The notes under the pieces were generated by a model. It searched no databases and had not been told where the DNA came from. It saw only the letters and a program-made list of their open reading frames with translations. Position numbers and translations under genes: made by a program. Shown piece by piece: positions 38,580 through 50,128 of a stretch of DNA of 64,000 nucleotides. The stretch is from Balanoglossus misakiensis. Taxonomy: Eukaryota; Animalia; Hemichordata. The stretch spans positions 6,332,172 to 6,396,171 of the forward strand of contig CM082593.2 of assembly GCA_040954595.2 (NCBI GenBank), in the 5' to 3' direction. The stretch's first letter is position 1, and each line of letters opens with the position of its first letter.

Positions 38580-41500
38580 ATGCAGTTTCTTCGGCTAATG
38601 CTGCGTGTTTTCTCCGTTCTCTGGCTTGTCCGCGACAAAGGGGGTAAGTGTCATTCGGGCTCACGTACTTAGAATTGGTGCTCGAAACTTGGCGGTTTTT
38701 GCTCGCAAAATGACTCGGGTACTTGTGTATTTTAAGCACCGCAAGCTATGTCCTGAGTCAGATATCAGAAAAATCGAATTTGCCAATAATTCTCCTACTT
38801 GTCTGACAAGGTCATAATTTAAATATTTTCCGACGCTGCAGACGCAGTACTGGGCAGGAGACACTTCTCATTACAAGGAATGTATGATAGGTAAGTAGTG
38901 GTCGTATGAATGTTCAACTGAACAGACGAGGCACAGAAGATAGTCTGAAAATAAGAAAGTAACTTCTGATTTGCGTTGAGTATCCGTTCAAATTTATTTG
39001 GGGCACGCCAACCAGTAGTTACGAGAGTATATGTGCCCAGACAACATGACTGCCGTCGGGTTATTGGTCGCACACAAATTATATCCAAGTGCATGTATGT
39101 ATACTATTTATGTAAAAGCCACCATCCCTCTCGGTCTATACGGTTGTCGACCATGATATTTGTTACACGCATGCGTCTATTCTTTTTGTAAACATTCTGT
39201 TTCAATAAACCAGGAATCGACCGCCACCGGAACCCAATGTCAATCCCATTCCCGTCCCCGTCCCGTGTGAGAATACATGCGTACATGCCTACAACGAAAT
39301 ATGCGAAGACGGCACCGCGGGAACGGAGAGACGTTGCTTGTACGGTACAGACTGCAATGATTGCGAAGGTGTGTGCTGTGAACAGAGACCGCGATGTTCC
39401 TTTTCTAGAGTAATTGTGACATTTAATTTGTGCTATGACTGCCATGGAAACATTGAAGGTTAACAAGCTATATATTTCTTCCAATCGTGTCACATAGAAT
39501 AAATATTGAGAGTTTTATTTTAAAATTTGATATTGTCGCATCCGTTGGTAGGTGTGGATATGTGTAGTGATGATTGCATCTCGGCTGACAATGGTCGATG
39601 TGATGACGGCGGGCCTGCTTCGGAAACAGATGAGTGTCAATTTGGAACAGACTGCAACGACTGTGGCACCAGAAACGGTTAGTAATCTCCCCTAAACACC
39701 TGCACGAAGATGGTGACTCTAATTCATACCAGCTCTGCCTTGTTACACGATCGAAGCTTGTACTATATCTATGCTAAAATTGTACAAAGGTGACCGATTT
39801 TTGGCATTTCCAAGATCATTGTCGCAGAAATAAAAATAGCGAAAACACCACCGCGAAATGTTGGTGGTTTAAAATGTTAACATTTCGGATATATACCTAG
39901 ATGTTAACGAGTGAAATTGAAGGTATTCATTCCAAGTTTATTTTGATTTCCCCTGTAGGCCCGATAGGAATGTGCTCCAATGAGTGTTTTTGGCCACGAG
40001 ACGGTTACTGTGACGACGGAGGGCCGAACGCCGCGTTTGCCATCTGTGATTACGGGACCGACTGTGACGATTGTGGTGAAAGACATGGTAAGGATGTGTA
40101 GTTGTTTTGACGGGTAGTTTTCTGGAATGTGACTATTTCATCAGGACTATCCAGTAAATAGGCCTACATCTAGGTAGGCTATATCGCGGACAGTCGACTG
40201 CTTTGTCGTTGAAATTTGTCGAGTAAGTTTTGATAAATTGTGTTGTCTCCTTGCGAATGCACGAACCAACAAGTCACAGTTCACGAATCGAAGAAATTGA
40301 TCTTCCTTTCTGCAGGTCTCCCCCTTTGTTCAGACTCGTGCGCACACGCAAATGACGGAGTTTGCCAAGATGGCGGCGTGAATACAGTTACCGGAAGTGA
40401 CGCAACAGGCTACTGTTCTTTTGGCACGGACTGCAGTGATTGTGGAGTCAGACGAGGTACGTACACCTGGCGTCAAGTTGTCGCTGATTGGCCACCTTCT
40501 TTGCTAGCACGTGGTTGAAATGGGCCACGAAAAATATGTAGTCCAGCTGGGGCGGGGACAATTTCATATCGATGAATAAGCAAGCAGTGAGATAGTCTGG
40601 AACTCCGCAAAGAGACATCAAACTCTGAACAGCAAATCTACGAAAGGTTCTGACAGCACTTCAAAATTTATCTTTCAGCTCCACTCATCTGCAACAACAC
40701 TTGTGGGTTTATTGTCGACAACGAATGCGACGATGGCGCCAGCGGGTCAGACTTCATGCTATGCGATCTCGGAACCGACTGCTTTGATTGCGGTCCTCGA
40801 GTGGGTAAGGCTGAGCTCACAATATTCTGGCTTGTATATGTGACGTCTTCTCAAAGGCAACTTAATTAATATTTGAATGGTGAAATTCGTTATCTGTAAA
40901 AGAACTGGTTACACACCACGATGTCACGTGACCCTTGATTTCTTTTTCTAAAATGTGTTAAAATTTCACGTTTCAGCCCCGTCCAGATGCTCGAGTAATC
41001 CTTGCAAAAATTCGGGAAGCTGTTTTGATACATATGACGGTTTTCGCTGTGTGTGTCCTTATCACTGGGCGGGACCAAACTGCGACACAGGTGAGGTTTG
41101 CTTTGTGTTTCAGTCTCTTTTCAAGTTAAAGTACTTAATGAGTGTCCATGCAGCTTTGCATTACATCTCTTTCCATTGTTTTCGTGTCACAGAAGTGGAC
41201 GCGTGTTTGAGTGATCCATGCCATAACAACGGCTCATGTGTGAAGGACGGCGCTGGTTACCGATGTACTTGTCCATCGGGGTGGCTAGGAGTACATTGCG
41301 AAATAGGTAAGGTGTCCATCTTTGGAATATTCAAGTGACGTAGTCGCACACTGCGCACGCGTCAGGTCAGCCATGGGTACCGTTTTCTAAGCAGTCTCAC
41401 AAAACTGTTATAACAATGGTGATCTCATTAACACGTGTTATGGAGCTGCATGTGCAATAACCACTCGATCTGTTTGTCTCCCTCAGATAACAATGAATGT

Positions 41501-44500
41501 GAATCAAACCCCTGTGGAAATGGCGGAGAATGCGTAGATTTCATCGACGGCTTTCTTTGTATCTGTCAGTTCGGATTCGTTGGCGATCGTTGCCAAGATG
41601 GTAAGAATTCAACAGATTGAATGTAAACATAAGTTCACCTGAAAATGGTCACAGACATGCCTGTATAGTACCTTTGCCGACAGGCAAGCTGTTTTGGTCT
41701 AATACACTGAAATTGCCAATAGTCTTTGTGTATGATCAAATGTATGATGATGATGGTGATGATGATGAGGATGACGATGGTGTTTTAAACGCTCATTGTC
41801 ACTGTCTTTTTAGATATCGAGCCTCCAACATGGATAAAGTGTCAAACAGACATAACCAAGGAAGTGGCACCAGGTGCAAACTCTACCGTCATAAAGTGGA
41901 ATCCTCCAGAGGCTGAAGATAATTCTGGCCACGTGTCGTATGACAGCAACCATCAGCCGGGGGAATTATTTGGAATTGGCATTCACCTGGTTTCATATAC
42001 AGCATACGACATGTCGTCAAATGCTGCAACGTGTAGTTTCTATATAAACATTATAGGTAGGTGTCGTCCCAATCCGATGTAGGGTTGGGCGCCGTGTTTA
42101 CCTTTGCTGATTCTTGGCTGTTCTGCTCGGAAAGGAGTCCTTCCTGCAGTGGGCAGAGAACAGGTCAGCCAAAACGATCACCAAAGGTAAAGACGGCGCC
42201 TAACTCTACATCTGATTTTAATCAGATTAGTGTTGTCCATGATAATCTGAATACCACCATACTTGATTCTGCTGTTCTCCTTTACGGTTCAACTGTATCT
42301 CTCTTTATTACATTGTCACTTTCTACTTACCATCCATCACAGATATTGAAGCGCCCTCCGTCGATGTGTGCCCGGCGGATATCTCCACCGCAACCGAAAT
42401 TGGTCGCAATTTTAGTCGCGTGTTCTGGACGGAGCCGAGTGGTTCCGACAACTCTGGCGCCGAAGTTCACGTCGAAGCGAATTATTCACCCGGCGACGCC
42501 TTTGATATCGGCGAACATTCCGTCACGTATACTTTCACGGACCAGTCGGGGAATGTTGCGTCCTGCACTTTCGTGGTTTGTGTGAACGGTGAGTGCACAT
42601 ATGGAATGATTTTTCGCTCATTGCATGGTCTCGCCACAGGCGCGTGAATAGATGCTATTTCAGTTTTTTAATGATAAATCAGTAGCTTAGACGATCCCCC
42701 GAATTTGCGTCAAACGAGCGCTCTCGCTATGTTCGGGCCTAGGCCTATACCCCACTGACACATACAGAAATTAAAGGTAGGAAAGCTCTCGCTGGTCACA
42801 TTTCTGAAATCGACCAAATAAAGTGGTTGTCGGCATTTCCAGAGTCTCACACTTCACAACAGCATGCACAATACTCACAAAAATCGATCGACGCCCTCCT
42901 TTTATCTAACTCGCCCAATCGACCCCTAAAAATGCGGAAAAAGTCGCTATCTCCCAGTCCACATAAACTCCTTGGACACCTCCATTTTGAAAGGACGTTC
43001 ACTTAGAAACTTGCGCATGCGCATCCTATCAGGCAGAACCTAAGTGAACGTCCTTTCAAAATGGAGGTGTCCAAGGAGTTTATGTGGACTGGGAGATAGC
43101 GACTTTTTCCGCATTTTTAGGGGTCGATTGGGCGAGTTAGATAAAAGGAGGGCGTCGATCGATTTTTGTGAGTATTGTGCATGCTGTTGTGAAGTGTGAG
43201 ACTCTGGAAATGCCGACAACCACTTTATTTGGTCGATTTCAGAAATGTGACCAGCGAGAGCTTTCCTACCTTTAATTTCTGTATGTGTCAGTGGGGTATA
43301 GGCCTAGGCCCGAACATAGCGAGAGCGCTCGTTTGACGCAAATTCGGGGGATCGTCTAAGCTACTGATTTATCATTAAAAAACTGAAATAGCATCTATTC
43401 ACGCGCCTGTGGGTCTCGCGAGATTGGTTGATTACTGTAGCAAGAGTTGCTAGCCAAGTAATACAAGTCAAGCCTGGTATGAAACTAGAAAAGGTGATCA
43501 GAGTTTAACAAAATTGTACATCTTGTGTCATGGGCAATATTCCTGAAAGTTTGTATCGACATTACTATGCATAAATGCTTGGAAATGAGGAAATATTTTG
43601 TTAAAATATCAACGAACGATTGAATCCATTTCAGACACCGAAGAACCGCACTTCATTGGCTGTCCTGCGTCCATTAGAGTAGAAAACGAATATGGATCCG
43701 AATGCGCTGTGGTCACCTGGATTCCGCCGGTAGCCGTCGACAACTCGGGCGACGCGGTGGTCGTGACGTCGAACTTCAGCCCCGGTGCGAAGTTTGCTCT
43801 TGATACCTTCGAAGTGATCTACTCCGCCACTGATGATTCTGGAAACATTGGGAAATGTTGTTTCAACGTGACTGTCAAAGGTAGGAAGCAAAGATATTTG
43901 CGTGAGAGCAAAGTTATTCATGATTTTTTTTTGGGGGGGGGGGTGGATACATATTGGTTGTGTGAGGCGACAGCATAAGAATACCTTACCTCGTAAGTAA
44001 AAGACGTCGCCGTACCCTATATATCTAATTTGCGTATACCACGAGAATAGACGTGATCTTCAATGTTTAAAAATTACTAATGGCGTTTTATTTTAACATC
44101 GATTTTAGATACCCAAGACCCAATTTTTGTGACGTGTCCTGAGAGTGTATACATCACCACAGACGAGGGACAGCCAACTGGAAACGCCACGTGGATCTCG
44201 CCGACAGCAACGGACAATTCCGGTGCGGACCTGACCATTGAATCGGATTATGGCCCAGGTCATGCCTTCCACATAGGCAACACCTCTGTCGTATACGTGA
44301 CGGAGGATGCATCCGAGAATAGCGCAGAGTGTCAGTTTTACGTGATTATAGAAGGTAAGTGATTCAGCCATATTTCACGTTCCGTTACCTGAAATAAACA
44401 CCGGGAACTTGAACCATTCAGAAAACATTCATTGGCAAGTTTGGCTGCATGGATGTAGACTCTCTCACAGCCCCTCTCGTCGTCCATGCAGGCTTATGGT

Positions 44501-47500
44501 CTGATTGCATGTGTGCCCGGCGAGAGGTTCGCTACTCAACACCAAACGGTGCTTCTCCCTTGCCAAACGGTTGAGTGCGCGTCAGTGAAGAGCCTTGTTG
44601 TAGCGAACCGTGGGCTGTGAGGTCGAGAGAGTCTAGCATGGATGATGCCGAGAATGTACCCTATTTTGATGATAGCACACTTTTTTCGTGAATTACGTAC
44701 AGATAGAGAGCCGCCGTCTATTTTAGACTGCCCGGGTTCCATCGACGCCGTCACTAGCCCCGGCAACGCCACTGCTGCTGTAGTCTGGGATGAACCTACC
44801 GCTGAAGACAACTCCCAGCAACCGGTCGAAGTGACGTCGACTCGCCGACCGGGGGATCTCTTCGCCCACGGCGTCACAAACGTGTCTTACATTTTCACCG
44901 ATGCGTCCGGTAATGTGGCCCGTTGCCACTTTGTCGTGACTGTCCAAGGTACAGTGTTTACTTTTGAACAAAAAAAACAAGAAAACAAGTGGAATGGCAA
45001 GAATGCTAACAAAGAATGCTGGGTATCGCGGCCGTTTTATACGCGCAAAATCTTCATGAAATCATTTATAGAGATAGAAGGCGTCTTTACATCGCTTAGT
45101 CTCTGCTATTCTCGTTATGTTTGTACCACCTGGCTACTCCACCACTGTCCTATTAAAATGTGATTGCTGAAAATAACATAACTTTACACAGAACGAGAAG
45201 AAACTCGTCTCCACTTTGACAAAGCACTGACCAAAAAAATATAATCTGTCATCTTATATCACATGAACAGGCGACGAAGCACCGGTCTTTCAAAACTGCC
45301 CAGACTCCTTCACGGCCACGACGGAGCCCGGCGAAGAGTACGCAGTGGTCACGTGGACCGAACCATCTGCGCAGGGGAACAACCTGTCGGTGACCTCGAC
45401 ACACAGACCCGGGGAACGGTTGGCACCTGGCGAGTATGACGTCATCTACACGGCAGTGGACTCGTCCCAAAACACGGCGTTTTGTGCTTTCAAGATTACA
45501 GTTGTAGGTTAGTTAATAGTCTCCCTGTCTTTCGCTGTCTGCATTGGCTATCGTCTTGTACAATCGGAATTGCATTACCATTTCGAGTGAGAATTTGACA
45601 GATCTGCTAAAGTTCATCATTTAAAATTAAAGTAACTATCTTCGCCATTCTGTCTTCAGACGACGAATTGCCCGTTCTGGATGGCTGTCCCTCCGGCATT
45701 ACCCAGAGTACAGACCCTGGACTCCCCGTGGCAAATGTTACATGGACTGTCCCCGTTGCCGTCGACAACTGCGATGGCCAGTTGAAAGGATCTTGCGATA
45801 TACCGCCAGGTTCGATGTTTCCGATTGGAACAACAGAGGTCACGTGTAAAGCTGTGGACGACGCAAACAATATGGTGTATTGTTCATTTGAAGTTGTGGT
45901 TAAAGGTACGTATTGACGTTTTTTGTACCAAAAATCAATTAAAATAAAACATAATTTTTCCATAAAAAACATGCATCGCCACCACACAATTATCTCTGAT
46001 ATCAAATAACAACGACATGCTGTATTTTGCGTGTGCAGACTTAGAAGAACCCGTGATACACAATTGTCCACAAAATGTGGTGACGTCAGCCGGTCCGTTA
46101 CAACTGACGTCAGAAGTGTCCTGGACAGAACCCACTGCCGTTGACAACTCCGGCGAAAGCGTCGCCATAACAGCCACGTTGACGTCTCCATCTGCTCTGG
46201 AAGTTGGCACCCACGCGGCGCTGTACCTGTTCAACGACACGTCTGGAAACAGTGCGTCCTGCAATTTTTCAATTGTTGTTGAAGGTACGTCCCGAATCGT
46301 CATAAAACCTATAGATTACCAAGATTAAATTTGTTCATATAGATCCATAAGGTAGGATCTGTTCAAGATTTATCTTCTGTGATCGGTCACTATAGCAACT
46401 TGATATCATCCACGGTGACTCCCCAGGGAAAAGTTGCAAGCACTATAGTTGACAATACATCACGTATTTCACCACTTGGCCAGTTGTGTTCAACTCCACA
46501 CATTTACTGTCGGTCTATCGCCACGTTCACAGATTTCAACGAGTGCGGAACACCATACATGTTGTGCAACTACACCTGCTTAAACGAACCCGGGGGATAC
46601 CAGTGTGTCTGTGACACCGGCTATGTCAAGGACAATCGTACTGGCCAGTGCACTGGTAAGAGAAATAACCTAAGCCAATGGAGTGGCCGATACCTACATC
46701 TCCGTCAACTTCGGCCAATTTGCAGATAAAAAATGTTACCGCAAACGCTGAACATCATGAAATATCGAGAGGAAATTAGCAATGAGAAAAAAAATAGTAG
46801 TCGGATGTTTTTAATGTTTCAGAACTAATCTTGCCGTTGAAATTTACCAGTGATGAGCGTCATGTTTGCCAAAAATTGAGTTTAACGAAATATTTTATTT
46901 TTTAAGATCTCAATGAGTGCGCCGCCAACGATGGAAGAGGTGACTGTGACTTCATGTGTACGAACACACCTGGAAGTTACCTATGTCAGTGCCCAGGTGG
47001 TTATACCATCCAGCCAGATGGTGTCACATGTAAAGGTATTGTTCGCATTTAACTTGACAACCAATAAGAAAGATGCGTCAACGTGATGTTGATATGGTTG
47101 TCTCCTAAATACTGCGGACAATTAAGACGATATTAAATTTAAGATGGTGTGTTTGAATGCTTTAACAGACATGGAGGAACCAACGATTATCTGGTGTCCC
47201 GGTAACATCACCGAATCTACGGCGGAAGACGCGTCGGTTGCGAGCGTGAATTGGACTACACCGTCAGCCATTGATAATTCCGATGCACCACTAGCGATTA
47301 ATTCCACACACAGCCCTGGCGACGAGTTCGGTATCGGCGACACCGCGGTGGAGTATACGTTCACTGATGAAAGTGGGAACACAGCGCTGTGTACATTCAC
47401 AATAACTGTGCTTGGTGAGTACAATGTATTGAGATAAGCATTTAAGATTTCAATCCAGGAGTGTTCGACTACGGACAATTGGCTTTTGTGTACTTGATTC

Positions 47501-50128
47501 AGGTAAAATCTGCAATGGCCGCGTTCGGGGCAAAGTTGGTGATTCCCCGCCCGCACAGTGTTTTTCATGTGAATTGTATACACCAATTGATGCTGCAGTT
47601 GTAGCTTGCACGGTATTGTCCGCACGCTATTCATGTTGTATGTTGACGGGATTGCCTCATAATATGCATTTTAAACACGATTTCGGGTACTTGCCGGCCT
47701 GCACGTTTCCATTTTGTTCTCGATAATGAAATGTCATCGACAAGGAAGACAACAAAGCGATATATCATCGCGTTTTAGTTGTGAAACTCTCCATCATAAT
47801 TTAGGGTAATATAATGATTTATTTATACCCCATTCGTGGTCATTTTTCAGATACCGCCCCACCCGTGATTACATACTGTCCAGACAACGTCACAGTCTCC
47901 GTCAAAGCCGGACACAACTCGTCCGAGGCCACCTGGATCGCGCCGTCGGCGACCGACAACAGCGGCCCGCCTCTCGTTATACCAACGGCACATCCTGGTC
48001 AGGTCTTCCCCATCGGAACCACTGAAGTTGCCTACGCGTTTGTTGACCAATACTTCAACACGGAGTACTGTACCTTTTACGTCACAGTAATTGGTTAGTA
48101 TTCCCTTTTTGACCTTGGGAAACTGCATTCACTCGAAGTTCAAATAGCAGACAAGAACGCAAGGTTCTTAGACAGGATTGTATACACGTGGCCGATCACC
48201 AAGGTTCTTAGATAGGATTTTATACACGTGGCCGGTCACCAAGGTTCTTAGATACGATTTTATACACGTGGCCGGTCACCAAGGTTCTTAGATACGATTT
48301 TATACATCGTATGTAAAACATTCGCGACACACGACTACTGATATTTGCATAAGGCTATCGGTAGTCTTGGTACCAAATTTGTAAACGATAATTTTTGCTA
48401 CATTTTTTTTGCAGGAGATACAACGACATGGGAGGATATTTGGTTCAATGGTGAAAACCCAATTATTGGCGTGAGTGTGGATTCTGATCTCTACGTTCTG
48501 TTTGGGCTGACCGGCGGCTGGTTCGGACCGATTCCCAACAGCTATGGCGTCACAGATGTCGCAGTTACGCCAGATGGTGTCATCCTCGGTGTCGGGGTCG
48601 ACAATCGCGTGTGGACGAAAGCACAGCTCGGGGAGCCGTGGGAAGGGCCCGATGCACTCAGCTGCTGCATCGTTTCCGTTGCCGTGACTGCGGACAACGT
48701 GCAGTGGGCCGTGACCACCGACTACGCTGTAGTCAGCCGCAGCGACTTCAACACGTCGTGGGCGGCGGCCACAGATCTCCCGGACCGCCCGGTGTCGAAG
48801 ATACACCATCTGTCGACGGACATGATCGTCGCCGTTGGCCGGGAGATGGAACTCCTCTCGCTGGACCGTCGCTTGGCACCCTCTGATTGGACGGTTGTCG
48901 ACGCGAACATGGCTATCGGCGACGTTTTCGTCACCCCGGACGGTAAACTGGTCGGGGTTGGGAAAGGTTGTCTGTTAACGAAGACTGACTTCTCCAGCCC
49001 CTGGAATGGACCAATAATCGGCGGCGTTGAGATTGTTGCAGCAAGTAACGGCAGAGAGCCGGAAGGTAACCTTGTTTAAATTTTACATATGATTTTTACA
49101 AATATCTAACAAACGCGATCAAATAGTATTTAATATTTTGCAAATGGAACAACGTGACCGTAAATGTGGCACTGCACCTTTTAATGTGGAAAAGTCAGGT
49201 TAGTTTTTTAAAAAAAATGTCGTCCCTTTCACACAAACAAATATTGACCAAGTGTTCCTTTAAAACGCCTAGTTCCAGATTGTGCTTACAGCAAGCTATG
49301 TCTGTTTTGTATAATTTAAATGTATATTATGCAACCGTGGATTATTTATTTAAAACACAACCCGACAAAACCACCCTCGTTCTCTTCCTTCGCAGGCGTC
49401 AACTACATCAACAGTGACTCGGGTTGTGGCAACCCCAGGTATCTTCGTCAAACAAACGGAACGTTGTCCAGTGTGGGATTCGATTCAGGGGAATCATATG
49501 GAAATGATGTATCTTGCTGGTGGGAAATCGTTGTGCCAAGGAATAAGGTAAACCAGTGTTTGCATTCAAATTACAGCTGTTAAATTGTTGTTTTTTAAGA
49601 GTGACTGCGGTTTACACGGCGATTTTTTGCGAAATTGAAATTGCACTCCCGGTACAAGTAAGTTTTCTAACTTTCCTCAAACTTCGAGGCGACTATAAGT
49701 TTTGCTAATTTTGATATGGTATGCCTGTTTTCCTTGTCAGGTAGTGGTCCTGACCTTCGAATATTTTGACGTCGAATACGAAGAGTCGTGTCTGTATGAC
49801 GCCGTCACTATTTTCGACACTGCGCAGGACCGTTCCTCGGCGATACATGAATTTTGCGGCACTGAAGCACCGCCGGCAGTCGTTTCTTGCAGCAATCACT
49901 TGAAAGTGGAATTCAGAAGTGACAAGAGCACATCTGGCAAAGGATTTCTTGCAAAGTACGAGTCAACGGGTGAGTAGTACCAGCTGAATTCAGAAAGCAG
50001 ACGACATAAAACATCTATTTGTGTCCTACAAACAATTAATTAACATCTTTACATCAAAACGACCATGTATTGTTCAAATCCACGACAAAAACTCAAACTA
50101 TTTATTTATTCCGGCAGATACCGAATGA
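38580..50128 (+). CDS. Large secreted mosaic protein: 5x 6-Cys repeat, 3x EGF, 8x HYR, 2x Ca-EGF, 2x HYR, tectonin-like beta-propeller, CUB
   Basis: Putative signal exon 38580-38643 and 38842-38890; Cys-repeat exons ~39214, 39552, 39959, 40316, 40679; EGF ~40978, 41193, 41488; HYR (D.E.P....CP...W..P.A.DNS...PG..F..G...V.Y...D...N...C.F.V.V) ~41814, 42343, 43636, 44109, 44704, 45271, 45660, 46040, 47170, 47851; Ca-EGF ~46533, 46908; propeller 48415-49065; CUB 49396-49547 + 49741-49969; last exon 50118-50128. Start is less certain. Confidence 0.85.
42635..43411. mobile_element. Foldback non-autonomous DNA transposon with 372-bp TIRs and an 8-bp TSD (P- or hAT-like)
   Basis: Arms 42635-43006 and 43040-43411 are reverse complements around a 33-bp spacer; TSD GGTCTCGC at 42627-42634 and 43412-43419; termini CACAGG...CCTGTG. 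Confidence 0.92.
44456..44635. mobile_element. 180-bp MITE with TAG...CTA ends and 9-bp TSD
   Basis: TAGACTCTCTC...GAGAGAGTCTA flanked by GCATGGATG on both sides. Confidence 0.85.
48160..48307. repeat. 40-bp minisatellite, about 3.7 copies
   Basis: Unit CAAGGTTCTTAGATAGGATTTTATACACGTGGCCGGTCAC. Confidence 0.92.

Noticed and set aside
48160-48307. Regularly spaced repeats superficially like a CRISPR array
   Set aside because: Head-to-tail units with no unique spacers, in a eukaryotic intron, with no cas genes.
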